Assembly: GCA_963663475.2 (NCBI GenBank) | Contig: CAXXJV010000001.1 | Coordinates: forward strand, 256,001 to 320,000 | DNA length: 64,000 bases | Source: Candidatus Cloacimonadales bacterium | Lineage (GTDB): Bacteria > Cloacimonadota > Cloacimonadia > Cloacimonadales > JAFGVF01 | Reading direction: 5' to 3' | Part shown: positions 48,186 to 58,124 of the stretch, piece after piece | Numbering within the stretch: position 1 is the first letter of the stretch | Layout: each line of letters opens with the position of its first letter | Notes under the pieces: generated by a model | The model's input: only the letters and a program-made list of their open reading frames with translations | The model's database searches: none | What the model was told of the DNA's origin: nothing | Position numbers and translations under genes: made by a program

Positions 48186-49694
48186 TTATTTTTCTAGTTT
48201 TCTGATTATTTCTTGGATTCTCTCATCTTGTCCTTTAAGTTCAAGGGCTTTCTGATAAGATTCTATTGCTTTTTGCTTATTACCTAAAATATTATAAGCC
48301 TCACCTAAACTATCCCAAGCATTCCAAGAATCAGGAAAATAGTCTGTTAGTAACTGAAAGATATTAAATGCTACTTCAGTATTTCCTGCTTGTAAGTTTC
48401 TATAGGCAAAAATATTTATATCTCTTTCCTTAAAATAAGCTAAGTCAACTGAATGATCTTTAGCCTGTAAGAGAACTTGCCTGGCCTGATTAATATCTTG
48501 GGTAAGCATAGTTAAGAAGTCTTTTTTACTAGGAGGTAATTGTTGTCCTTTCTCCCACCTATTAACAAGTAAAAAGTCATCTGCTAGCTTATCATCATTG
48601 AGTATTATATCTTTCATTTCCAGAAATGATTCTTGCTTTTTGACAAGCTCTTTACAGAAAGCTAGGACTAGTTTTAGACTTAATTCATAGGCCAAATCTC
48701 TGTCTTTTCTATTTAAAATTTGCTTTTCGGTAAAACAATGGGCTTGTAAGACATATTGAGAAGTGAAAGCATTATGAGGAATTCCTTTGAACCTTATTTG
48801 ATATCTATCTGAATAGATAAGCTTATCAAAGAAATCACTTGTTCTATTAGCTAAAAAAGGTCCATCAAGTTCTAAATATTTCAAATCTCTCACTGCAAAT
48901 TCTGGCCTGATATCTTGCTGGTGTTTAATCAGACTTTGGGGGTTAGTATATTCGCTATGCAAGCCAATTATTCCTTTAACAGCCATATTCTCTTGGGCAA
49001 AAACAACATTAGCAAAAGCACCTAAGCAAAAACCTATCAAAAGAACTTCATCACTTTTAGCATTTTCTAGTTTATTCAAATAACCATAGAGATAGCGAAT
49101 ATCATTAACACATGTTCTTAAACCTATCTTGTCAAACTCTACCTGTCTTTCAGAAAAGCCAGCTGATGGACAAGAAATTACTAAGAATCCATGACTTGCT
49201 AATAGTTCACACATGATAAAATTCTCACTGGCTATTTCATTTCCTCCAGGACTATAAATTACTACAGGAAATTCTTGATTTATTTCTTGGGCATTTTCTA
49301 CTGCTAGTGTTTTTCTAAAGAAAACTTTAGCAAAATTATCTTCTTTTACACCAGCCTGCAAATACCTAGCTTTTAAAGCTTGAATAAAATCTTCTTTACT
49401 CTGGCCATAATCAAAATCACTTTCTAGTTGTGCTATATATTGGTAATCAATAAATTCCATTACTTTTTCATTTTCAACACTAGCCGGATACCATATACTC
49501 ACCTGCATTGGGCGATAACCAATAGCTGAATCACCATTGGGGTAAGTGCGTGAATAATCATAAGTCTCAAGATGCTTATAACCAACCTTATATTGACCAC
49601 TTGCTACTTGTCCCCAAATCTCACTTTCTAAGTATGTTGCTCCCAGAGGTAAGAACATAAAAAAAAGTAATATCACTAATAAAAATATATTCAT
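48186..49694 (-). CDS. Secreted alpha/beta hydrolase (dienelactone hydrolase/PAF-AH-like) with C-terminal TPR
   Basis: VSIWYPA, FPVVIYSPG, ELLASHGF.V, GFCLG nucleophile elbow; NAWDSLGEAY...AIESYQKALEL TPR. Confidence 0.75.
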   Translation of the reverse strand: MNIFLLVILLFFMFLPLGATYLESEIWGQVASGQYKVGYKHLETYDYSRTYPNGDSAIGYRPMQVSIWYPASVENEKVMEFIDYQYIAQLESDFDYGQSKEDFIQALKARYLQAGVKEDNFAKVFFRKTLAVENAQEINQEFPVVIYSPGGNEIASENFIMCELLASHGFLVISCPSAGFSERQVEFDKIGLRTCVNDIRYLYGYLNKLENAKSDEVLLIGFCLGAFANVVFAQENMAVKGIIGLHSEYTNPQSLIKHQQDIRPEFAVRDLKYLELDGPFLANRTSDFFDKLIYSDRYQIRFKGIPHNAFTSQYVLQAHCFTEKQILNRKDRDLAYELSLKLVLAFCKELVKKQESFLEMKDIILNDDKLADDFLLVNRWEKGQQLPPSKKDFLTMLTQDINQARQVLLQAKDHSVDLAYFKERDINIFAYRNLQAGNTEVAFNIFQLLTDYFPDSWNAWDSLGEAYNILGNKQKAIESYQKALELKGQDERIQEIIRKLEK

Positions 49695-49732
49695 AAGAGT
49701 CTCCTTTAGAAATCAATTTATGCAGTAGGATT

Positions 49733-51130
49733 TTATTTATAGTATAAAAACTTAGCCATTTTCTGACCTTTGTCTGTAGCAATTTTTAAGAAATAAATGC
49801 CATTGCTTAAGAGTAAATCAGCTGTTGAGAAATTAACTTCCCCTGCCAACTTTTCTGGAGAAAACGAAGCTAACTTTTGTCCTTTCAAATTGTAAAGCTC
49901 AATACTTTTAACTAGGCTTCCCTTCTCTAATTTTAAACTTATTCTATCATTAGTAGGATTAGGAAAAACTTTGCTTGTGTGAACCGATTCAACCTCGTTA
50001 TTAGAATTTGCGACAATGGTATTATTTATCCAGAGAGTTAGAGGGCTTGAAGTAGCATTAGCAGTTAAAACATCTGATCCTACTACAAAATCAATATCAT
50101 TATCATTATCAAAATCTCCAACTGCCAGTGGCCAAGCTCCCCACTGGTAGGATGCTAAGAGACTTCTATTGAAATCTCCATTATCTTGAATCCAATAATA
50201 TATCTTGCAACTTGACCAAGCAGTCGCAATTAAATCCATCTGATTATCATTATTTAAATAAGCTGGTTCAACTGTTACAGCCCCCACAACACTTGAAGAA
50301 ACTAAATGTTTCTCCCAGGCTTGAACTGTCTGTCCATCATTTTCCCACCAAGAAATCTCATTAGAGGTGTATGCAACCCCAATAATGTCTGGAAGATTAT
50401 CATTATTCATGTCTGCAATACTGACCCAATGAGCTCTTACAAAACTACTTGCGTGTTCTTGCTTAGACCAGGTAATCTCTTCTTGGCCTGAATTATACCA
50501 AACTGAAATTTCATTAGCATCCATTGAAGCACCAATAACATCTGGATATGTATCTCCATTCATGTCATGCACTTCTATGGCTTGACAACCTGGAAAATCA
50601 CTTGCTATTTCATGCTGAATCCATAATTCATTTACCTTTTCCCACCAGAGAATTTTACCCAAACCAGCTGCTGCACACACAATATCCATATTTCCATCAG
50701 AATTAAGATCATGACCTATTACCCTATGGGCTCCTGTGATATTACTAGCAATATCTTCTCTTTCAAAATAAAGAAAATCTTCAAAAAAATTAGTGTACCA
50801 AATAGTGACAAGTCCATCTACTGCTGAAGAAGCAATAACATCAGGATAGTTATCCCCATTCATATCCTCACCATATAAGTATTGTGGATCAAAATCACTT
50901 GCAACTAGATGCTGAATTGGATTCTCCCAATCACCTGTATTCTCAAAGAGGATAATTTCATCACTTGAATTCTTGGAGACAAGTAAATCTAAATCATCAT
51001 CCATATCAAAATTAATGACTGCTAGTCCAGGATTATCCTCACCAGCTTGTCCTATTTCGATACTTGTAAAGTTTAGACATAATAAATTACTAAACATACA
51101 AATTATTAAAATACTAAAATACTTTCTCAT
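49733..51130 (-). CDS. FG-GAP/VCBS repeat beta-propeller protein with CTD
   Basis: Seven D(M/L/F)(N/D).D...D(I/V/L) repeats; VFPNPTN...LYNLKGQ...NGIYFLKI...KFLYYK. Confidence 0.85.
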   Translation of the reverse strand: MRKYFSILIICMFSNLLCLNFTSIEIGQAGEDNPGLAVINFDMDDDLDLLVSKNSSDEIILFENTGDWENPIQHLVASDFDPQYLYGEDMNGDNYPDVIASSAVDGLVTIWYTNFFEDFLYFEREDIASNITGAHRVIGHDLNSDGNMDIVCAAAGLGKILWWEKVNELWIQHEIASDFPGCQAIEVHDMNGDTYPDVIGASMDANEISVWYNSGQEEITWSKQEHASSFVRAHWVSIADMNNDNLPDIIGVAYTSNEISWWENDGQTVQAWEKHLVSSSVVGAVTVEPAYLNNDNQMDLIATAWSSCKIYYWIQDNGDFNRSLLASYQWGAWPLAVGDFDNDNDIDFVVGSDVLTANATSSPLTLWINNTIVANSNNEVESVHTSKVFPNPTNDRISLKLEKGSLVKSIELYNLKGQKLASFSPEKLAGEVNFSTADLLLSNGIYFLKIATDKGQKMAKFLYYK

Positions 51131-51203
51131 ACTTTTTCCTTTTTAGGTTTAGGCCCAAACATTTCAGTAAACCTTGTCACTACTTCTATATCTTAATCTC
51201 TTC

Positions 51204-51230
51204 AAAAAGCTCTACTGCCCTATTTTGGGT
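51204..51230 (+). repeat. Family-A right-end fragment at TrmB stop codon
   Basis: aaaagctctactgccctattttgggt followed by taa. Confidence 0.5.
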
Positions 51231-52069
51231 TAAAAGATTAAATGCTTGATTTTTTGCATATCTATTCCTATATAGTACTTCATTCTGCTTTGACGTAAGT
51301 CTGACATAATTTCAGCTTTTGATAAATTTGAATTCAGCAACTGACCCATTTTAGCAAAAAGAAGTTCTCCGACATTAGCATTATATGTTATGATTGATAA
51401 ATAAGGATCATTACTCCACAAACACTTATAAAGTTGATCATCTCTATCATTCATTAAGGATATTATAAACTCTTCTCCATCAACAAATATCTCTAGCCAA
51501 TTGTAATGCTGACTTCTAAATAAATCAGCTGAATTACCTTGAGCTATAACTTCAATTCCTGTAACTTGAGGACTTGGTTGAAATGTTTCAATGATAACAT
51601 TTACACCTCTTTGACTAGCAGATACTAACTCTTCAACAATTTCTTTCCTCTGGATCTGACAAGACATAACAATAATATTTTTCTTAGCATTTCTGATGAT
51701 TTCTAAAGATCTAGAATACATCTGGCTAATATTCTCTATAGCGAAAACACCTGACATTTTTTCTATTTTTGAAATTCTTTTTACCTTTTCTTCAAGATCT
51801 ACTTTGTTCTCAAGAAATTCTTTTTCTCGCCAATCTAAATATGTCTTAATCTCAGTAGGATAATATTCAACTGCTTTGCTAGCTTCATTACTATACACCA
51901 TTCCTTTTTGGAGCATAATCTCTAATGCCTTATAAATTTGTGGTTTAGTCTTCTTTAAAATTTTAGATATCTTATAAGCAGAAATGCCCCTCTCTTTTAG
52001 TAAGATTATATAAATATCTGCTTCAATTTCCTTAAAACCTACCTTCAATAAATTCTCTTTCATAATCAC
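51230..52069 (-). CDS. TrmB-family transcriptional regulator
   Basis: GF...EA.IY..LL....SAYKISK.L....PQIY.AL..M..KG.V N-terminal HTH; II.NAK..I effector domain. Confidence 0.85.
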   Translation of the reverse strand: MIMKENLLKVGFKEIEADIYIILLKERGISAYKISKILKKTKPQIYKALEIMLQKGMVYSNEASKAVEYYPTEIKTYLDWREKEFLENKVDLEEKVKRISKIEKMSGVFAIENISQMYSRSLEIIRNAKKNIIVMSCQIQRKEIVEELVSASQRGVNVIIETFQPSPQVTGIEVIAQGNSADLFRSQHYNWLEIFVDGEEFIISLMNDRDDQLYKCLWSNDPYLSIITYNANVGELLFAKMGQLLNSNLSKAEIMSDLRQSRMKYYIGIDMQKIKHLIF

Positions 52070-52079
52070 CTCTTTAGTT

Positions 52080-52115
52080 TAGTAGTATATTTTATACTAC
52101 TATTATTTATGTCAA
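52080..52115 (-). promoter_or_regulatory. Promoter with overlapping perfect palindrome, probable TrmB operator
   Basis: tagtagtata-ttt-tatactacta (52080-52102) overlapping TTGACA-N15-TAAAAT on minus strand. Confidence 0.65.
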
Positions 52116-52220
52116 GTTTTTTATCCCGCCTATACAAATTTAGTTGGAAAAATCTCTTTAGGTATTATTCGGATAAAAAAAAGAATAGACAATTTTATTT
52201 CAGTTTTAGAAAATGAGTTA

Positions 52221-52382
52221 ATATGAATGATCTAGTTGAACTTTAGAGAAGAGTGTTGGTTCTTATAGCAAAATAAGATTCAGAATTTGCAAGTATATAA
52301 TATAAGTTTTCATGTAACATGTGGATATTACTTTGCAGAAGAAAATTCACCTATTCATAAAGGGATACTGGATTATTTTAAA
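52221..52382 (+). mobile_element. Highly decayed full-length family-A copy upstream of nrdG
   Basis: gaacttt..gaagagtg..ttctt.tagcaaaataag..cagaattt...ttactttgcagaagaa...ctattcataaagg; TTA on both sides. Confidence 0.7.
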
Positions 52383-52407
52383 TTAAGAATAAGTTAGGGA
52401 GCATAAA

Positions 52408-53100
52408 ATGCGAATAAGTGGGTTTCAAAAATTTTCAATGATAGATTTTAATGAGAAATTATGTGCAGTTGTTTTTACCCAAGGATGCAATCTCCAATGT
52501 CCCTACTGTCATAATCCTGAACTAGTTCCCATGTTAAGCAATCAAAAACTAATAGATCAAGAAGAGATTATAAGTTTCTTAAAAAGCAGAATGGGAAAAT
52601 TAGATGCTGTAGTTATTACTGGTGGCGAGCCCTTACTACAAAAGAATCTGATTCCTTTCTTAAGCAAAATAAAAGATCTTGGTTATTTAGTAAAATTAGA
52701 TACTAATGGATTACTTCATAGAAATTTAAAAGTAGCTCTGGAAAGTGGTTTAATAGATTATTTAGCTATGGACATAAAAAGTAGGCTAGAGGATTATGAA
52801 AAAGTTGTTAAAGTAAAAGTTGCTAAGGAAAACATTAGGGAAAGTATAGAATTGATTAAAAAATCTGCTATTGATCATGAATTTCGGACAACAGTTGTTG
52901 AGGGCTTAGTCACTTTAGATACGATAAAAGAAATCGCAGAAACATTAGTTGGGGATAGTAATTACTATATTCAAAACTTCGCTAAATCTCACCACTTAGA
53001 TGTAGCTTATGAGAATGCAATTGGCTACAGTCAAGTAAAACTAAAAAAAATAGTTTCTGATTTACAAGACCAAGGCTACAAGATCAAATTGAGGACATAA
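52408..53100 (+). CDS. nrdG: Anaerobic ribonucleotide reductase activating protein (radical SAM, NrdG2 type)
   Basis: FT.GCNLQCPYCHNP, VITGGEP, KLDTNG, AMDIK, EFRTTV. Confidence 0.85.
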   Translation: MRISGFQKFSMIDFNEKLCAVVFTQGCNLQCPYCHNPELVPMLSNQKLIDQEEIISFLKSRMGKLDAVVITGGEPLLQKNLIPFLSKIKDLGYLVKLDTNGLLHRNLKVALESGLIDYLAMDIKSRLEDYEKVVKVKVAKENIRESIELIKKSAIDHEFRTTVVEGLVTLDTIKEIAETLVGDSNYYIQNFAKSHHLDVAYENAIGYSQVKLKKIVSDLQDQGYKIKLRT

Positions 53101-53399
53101 TGAAAGAAATATCTCAAACAATTATTGCTATAATCAAAGAAATTCCTCCTGGAAAGGTCTTAAGCTATGGAGAAATAGCTAGACGTGCAGGCCATCCTGC
53201 TACAGCCAGACTAGTTTCTTATCTTTTACATTCTTCATCTGAAAAACATAATCTCCCTTGGCACAGAGTCATTAACTCTCAAGGTAAGATTTCTCTAACA
53301 GGCCTAGGTGGAGAAGAGCAAAAGCAGCTTTTAGAATCTGAGGGAGTAATCTTTGAAAATGGTAAGACTGACCTTAAAAAATTTACTTATCAGGGATAA
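53100..53399 (+). CDS. Alkyltransferase-like (ATL/YbaZ) DNA-damage binding protein
   Basis: IPPGKV.SYG.IA and PWHRV (Trp replaces the MGMT Cys). Confidence 0.9.
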   Translation: MKEISQTIIAIIKEIPPGKVLSYGEIARRAGHPATARLVSYLLHSSSEKHNLPWHRVINSQGKISLTGLGGEEQKQLLESEGVIFENGKTDLKKFTYQG

Positions 53400-53493
53400 A
53401 TGTAATTGACAAGAATAGGATATTACTCTAATAGTGAAATGTATAGGTAAAATCTATTTTCTTTAATCTTATAATAAATAAAGGAGCTAAGAT

Positions 53494-54072
53494 ATGAACT
53501 TTCTCTTATCTTTGATTTTTATCCCCTTAAATCTCCTCTTTGGAGCATCAATTATCTGGCTAATTAGATGGCTTCTCTTTAACAAGAAGCAAAGATATAT
53601 ATTCAAAAAGAAGAATATTCTTACCCCAGGAGTAATACCTAAATTAAAGAATTATGGTTTAGGTAAAGTGAGAACTAGTGTTAAAGATTATTTTGACCAG
53701 GTTGATGATTTTCAATCTCATCAAGGTTATATTTATAAATGGGAAAAACAAGTCTACCAAAAAGTCTATGATGGATGTGAATTTATAGACAATGCTCGCT
53801 ATATACCTACCAGTGTAGCAGACTGGATAAGGCATAGTTTAGCTTTTATTTGCAAAGACTTATCATCTCGTTTCTTAAGAACTTTCATTCCTTATTTGTA
53901 TGAATATTATAGTATAAATGACAAAATAGATTTAATTGATGAAAAGATAGATTTAGTTGTAATAGAATCTTATTATAACCAATACATTCACAGATTCCTC
54001 ATGTATTTTAATTTATTCATCTTCCTTTTGGCAGGTATTCTGAATCTGATTCTTTTCTTAATAATAGTATAA
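53494..54072 (+). CDS. Membrane protein with N- and C-terminal transmembrane helices (DUF445-like)
   Basis: Hydrophobic termini, LF...TPGVIPK motif; AAGGAG RBS. Confidence 0.6.
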   Translation: MNFLLSLIFIPLNLLFGASIIWLIRWLLFNKKQRYIFKKKNILTPGVIPKLKNYGLGKVRTSVKDYFDQVDDFQSHQGYIYKWEKQVYQKVYDGCEFIDNARYIPTSVADWIRHSLAFICKDLSSRFLRTFIPYLYEYYSINDKIDLIDEKIDLVVIESYYNQYIHRFLMYFNLFIFLLAGILNLILFLIIV

Positions 54073-54084
54073 TAGGAGTTTAAA

Positions 54085-54834
54085 ATGTCAGATATTATTG
54101 ATTATAAGATAGTTGGAAATGATTTTCAAGCAGTAGAAATTGAACTAGATCCAGGAGAAGGTGTAAGAGCTGAAGTAGGAGCTATGTTATATATGGAAGC
54201 TGATATCCAGATGGATACTTCTACTGGTGGCGGAATGTTCAGTGGCTTTAAGAGAATGATAGCAGGAGAATCTTTCTTTATTACAACCTTCTTAAACCAA
54301 GGTAGATTTAAAAGGAAAGTAACTTTTTCTGCTCCCTATCCTGGCAAAATCTTGCCTATTGACCTAAATCAGTTTGGAGGCCAATTCTACTGTCAAAAAG
54401 ATGCTTATCTCTGTTCAGCAAATGGTATTGACGTTACTGTTGCTTTTACAAAGAAAATTGGAGCAGGTCTGTTTGGTGGTGAGGGCTTTATCTTACAAGA
54501 ATTAAGAGGCATGGGTTTAGCCTTTATTCATGCTGGTGGTACTATTATAAAAAAAGAACTAGCCCCGAGAGAAAAACTTAGAATTGATACTGGTTGTTTA
54601 GTTGGTTTTGAAAGAGGTGTTGAATATGATATTCAGTTTGTTGGAGGGATTAAAAATGCCTTATTTGGCGGTGAAGGACTATTCTTAACAACTCTCACAG
54701 GTCCTGGAATAGTGTATCTACAAACTCTTCCCTTCTCAAGAATAGCAGATAGAATTGTTCAGTCTGCAAGACTCAACAAAGGTGAAGTTAAACGCGGTGG
54801 AAGCTTGCTTTCAACCCTACTTTCAGGAGACTAA
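54085..54834 (+). CDS. TIGR00266 / AIM24 family protein
   Basis: IELDPGE.V.AE.GAM, GESFF, CQKDAYLC, GLFGGEGF, GPG.VYLQTLPFSR. Confidence 0.92.
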   Translation: MSDIIDYKIVGNDFQAVEIELDPGEGVRAEVGAMLYMEADIQMDTSTGGGMFSGFKRMIAGESFFITTFLNQGRFKRKVTFSAPYPGKILPIDLNQFGGQFYCQKDAYLCSANGIDVTVAFTKKIGAGLFGGEGFILQELRGMGLAFIHAGGTIIKKELAPREKLRIDTGCLVGFERGVEYDIQFVGGIKNALFGGEGLFLTTLTGPGIVYLQTLPFSRIADRIVQSARLNKGEVKRGGSLLSTLLSGD

Positions 54835-54837
54835 GAT

Positions 54838-55587
54838 ATGAAAGTAATGGATCCTACAACCTTAAAATACGATGAAAAACTTCTCATGGCTAATCGTGAG
54901 TTAATGATGGAAGTTTATCGTAATATCTTCTTTGCTAAAAAAAAAGTTAATGTTTTTAAAAAACTAATTAAATCATTTCAAAGTTTAGAAAAAATAACCA
55001 AATTAAAAAATGCCCAACATGAAGCGATAAACAAAAAAGAAGCCGATAAATATTGTAAAAACTTAGGTAAAGCCTATGACTATATACTTGAGAAAATTAA
55101 GAATAAAGAACAGTTCGAAGGACACGCAGATATAATAACTCTTCATGGTTTTGTTGACCCAGAAAGCTTTTCTCGAAACCCTTCTGGTTATCGAAAAAAG
55201 GATGTAAAGTTTGGAGATTTTATGCCACCTGAACCTAGCGTTGTTTATTCTCTTATGGATAACTTGGTCTATAACATGAATCAAATCGATTTACCTCAAA
55301 TCAAAGGAATATATTTCCATCATGAATTTGTTAGGATTCATCCTTTTGTTGACGGTAATGGACGAACCGCTAGAATGGTAAAAAACTGGATACTCATGTA
55401 CGAGCTCTATCCACCAGTATTTATAGATACACCAGAAGATAAACTGAATTATATAGATGTGCTTGAACGTTCTTTTAAAGGTTTCTTTGATAATCCTTTT
55501 GACGCTAATGCTGCAACTGAAGAATTCGCTAACCAAGAATTGATGCGAATTAATCAAAGTATAAAATTCTTACTTAATGATATCTAG
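54838..55587 (+). CDS. Fic domain protein
   Basis: Canonical HPFVDGNGRTAR motif. Confidence 0.9.
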   Translation: MKVMDPTTLKYDEKLLMANRELMMEVYRNIFFAKKKVNVFKKLIKSFQSLEKITKLKNAQHEAINKKEADKYCKNLGKAYDYILEKIKNKEQFEGHADIITLHGFVDPESFSRNPSGYRKKDVKFGDFMPPEPSVVYSLMDNLVYNMNQIDLPQIKGIYFHHEFVRIHPFVDGNGRTARMVKNWILMYELYPPVFIDTPEDKLNYIDVLERSFKGFFDNPFDANAATEEFANQELMRINQSIKFLLNDI

Positions 55588-55713
55588 CCTCCTGGCAAAG
55601 CGCTATCTGCTAATGGCAATTCCTGTCTCTTGGCAAGACCTGCCTCACTAAAGATAACAATGGTAATAATTTGAAATAAATAATTAGTTTTAATGATTAA
55701 AAACGAGGCAACT

Positions 55714-57309
55714 ATGAGAAAATTTATATTCAACGCAAAAGTCTATACAATGAATTCAAGAGATGATATTTCAGAAGCTATTCTCATTAAAAATGAGAGA
55801 ATCGAAAAAGTAGCTTCAACTGCTGAAATTATTTCCTATCTAAATGAACATAAAATTGACAAGTATGAGAAGATTGATCTGCAAGGCAAGCTACTGCTTC
55901 CTGGAATGACTGATACCCATACCCACTTCTTTGAACTAGCTAAAAGGAAAATTGCTGTTGACCTTTCTCCAGCTAAATCTCTAACTGAAGTTAAAGATAT
56001 CTTAGAAAAATTTAAAGAAACCATGCCTACTAACTTGAAATGGATTGGAGGAAGTGGCTGGAATAAAAACATTTACCCCTCCTTAGAAGGATTCAATAAA
56101 TACTTCTTAGATGAAATATTTCCTGATATACCCATTGCTCTCGAAAGTAAAGACTTCCACTCTAAATGGTGCAATTCTCTAGCTTTAGAAAAAGCAGGTA
56201 TTACTAAAGAAACACCTGATCCCCAAGGTGGAATGATTGGAAGATTCTCTGATGGCGAACCTAACGGTTTTACCCATGAAAAAGCTTGGGAATTAATCGA
56301 TAAGGTTGCCCCAGCTTACCCACTTGACCTAGCTCTTAAAGCTATTAAACTTACTATCAAAGATTGCTATGCTATGGGACTTACTGGTGTTCATGTTATG
56401 GAAAATGAAGATAAATTCAGATACTATCAACAAGTAATTGCTCAAGGAACTAAATTTAGATTCTGCTGGCATTTTCCTCAAGCTATAACAGATGAAATGA
56501 TTGCTAGAGGTGTCCACTCTTATCTGGGCAGTGAATCCTTAAAAATTGGTGGACAAAAAATCTTTATGGATGGAGCTTTAGGGTCTCAGACTGCTCTTAT
56601 GTACGAGCCCTATGCCGGAAGTAATAACTATGGAACTTCTATCTTTACTCAAGATCAACTTACTCAAATGATAGCTAAAGCTGCCAAACATAGTATTGCT
56701 TCCTCTATTCATGCTATTGGCGATAAGTGTTGTCACCAAGTTATCTCTGCAATCGCTACTTGTAGAGATATTGATACAAATTTAAGACATAGAATAGAGC
56801 ACCTTCAATGCGTAAGACCTGAGGATTATCAAGCTATAAAAGATAATAATATCTATATAGCCTTACAGCCTATTCATCTAAGATACGATATTGATTCTAT
56901 CCAAAAATATACCCCTAATGCTGCTAAATACACATATAGTTTTAAAGATCTAATTGACATGAAGATAGACTGTGGCTTTGGCTCTGATGCACCAGTAGAA
57001 ATCATTAACCCCTTCCAAGGTATCTATTCAGCTATTATGAGAAAAGCTATGAATGACCCAACTAAGGAAAGCTGGAGACCTGATCAGAAAGTAGCTAGTC
57101 TAGAGGCAATAAAAGCCTATACTTGTTGGGCTGCTAAAGCTTCAGCTTCTGAACATGTGAAAGGACAAATCCAAGAAGGTTATCTTGCAGATTTAATAGT
57201 AATTGAAGATTTTACTCAGAAAGATCCTGAATATTGGCTTACTGCTAAATCATTATTAACTCTTATCGATGGAGAAATAGTACATCAAGATGAAGAATTT
57301 ATTTACTAA
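55714..57309 (+). CDS. Metal-dependent amidohydrolase (YtcJ-like, amidohydrolase 3); start probably ATG 55714
   Basis: PGMTDTHTH, KIFMDGALGS.TA, HAIGD, HRIEH, GSDAPV. Confidence 0.9.
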   Translation: MRKFIFNAKVYTMNSRDDISEAILIKNERIEKVASTAEIISYLNEHKIDKYEKIDLQGKLLLPGMTDTHTHFFELAKRKIAVDLSPAKSLTEVKDILEKFKETMPTNLKWIGGSGWNKNIYPSLEGFNKYFLDEIFPDIPIALESKDFHSKWCNSLALEKAGITKETPDPQGGMIGRFSDGEPNGFTHEKAWELIDKVAPAYPLDLALKAIKLTIKDCYAMGLTGVHVMENEDKFRYYQQVIAQGTKFRFCWHFPQAITDEMIARGVHSYLGSESLKIGGQKIFMDGALGSQTALMYEPYAGSNNYGTSIFTQDQLTQMIAKAAKHSIASSIHAIGDKCCHQVISAIATCRDIDTNLRHRIEHLQCVRPEDYQAIKDNNIYIALQPIHLRYDIDSIQKYTPNAAKYTYSFKDLIDMKIDCGFGSDAPVEIINPFQGIYSAIMRKAMNDPTKESWRPDQKVASLEAIKAYTCWAAKASASEHVKGQIQEGYLADLIVIEDFTQKDPEYWLTAKSLLTLIDGEIVHQDEEFIY

Positions 57310-57937
57310 ACTAAGCAATTCTCTTGGTGCCTTCCATCCTGAAGTTATCAACTATGAAGAATTTAAGCATTCTGCTATCTTCTTACCCCTGATTGATATT
57401 AAGGGAAAGTGTGCTTTATTATTTGAAAAAAGAGCTAATAACATCCCTCAAGCAGGAGAAATCTGCTTCCCTGGGGGAAGAGTTGAAGCTAATGAAGCAC
57501 TTAATCCCCTCATTACTGCTATTCGCGAAACTTCTGAAGAACTAGGTGTCACTGTTGATAAGTTATCTGTAATTAGTAGATTACCTAGACTTATTACTCC
57601 AGATGGGAAGTTGATTGATGCCTTTATTGGAAAAATCCAAGGTCTTAGTTTGCAAGACTTAGTATTAAACCCTAGTGAAGTAGAAAAAATTTTTACTGTA
57701 ACCCTGGAAGAAGTTAAAAAAATTAACTTTCATAAGTATAAAATTATCTCTACTAACCTTTCTGGCCAATCTGAACAAGACCCTAATTTATTACCTGTAG
57801 AGACTCTTGGTTTACCACAACGGTATCAGGGAACTTGGGGCAAGAAAAACTATAATGTCTACTACACTGAAATTAAAAATGAAAAAATATGGGGTCTAAC
57901 CGCTAGATACCTAAAATACATACAAGACTTACTTTAG
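57290..57937 (+). CDS. Nudix hydrolase, CoA pyrophosphatase type
   Basis: GEICFPGG...TAIRETSEELG Nudix box, NPSEV, IWGLTA. Confidence 0.9.
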   Translation: MKNLFTKLSNSLGAFHPEVINYEEFKHSAIFLPLIDIKGKCALLFEKRANNIPQAGEICFPGGRVEANEALNPLITAIRETSEELGVTVDKLSVISRLPRLITPDGKLIDAFIGKIQGLSLQDLVLNPSEVEKIFTVTLEEVKKINFHKYKIISTNLSGQSEQDPNLLPVETLGLPQRYQGTWGKKNYNVYYTEIKNEKIWGLTARYLKYIQDLL

Positions 57938-57969
57938 AAAGGCTTTCTACTTTTTTAACAAAAAATAGA

Positions 57970-57997
57970 TTGACATCAGTAAAGAATTACTTATAAT
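57970..57997 (+). promoter_or_regulatory. Sigma70-type promoter of hppA
   Basis: Perfect TTGACA-N16-TATAAT. Confidence 0.75.
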
Positions 57998-58124
57998 TTG
58001 TTTATTAATGAGCTTTTATACTTATAAATTGCCCATTAATTATTCAATGATATTCCTTAAATACATAGCGCCACAGACAGATATACTATGCTATTTAAGA
58101 AAAAATTAAATCTTAGGAGTAAAT

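Noticed and set aside
54838-55587. Fic toxin-antitoxin module
   Set aside because: No small antitoxin gene adjacent and no clear (S/T)xxxE(G/N) inhibitory motif seen; kept only as a Fic-domain CDS.
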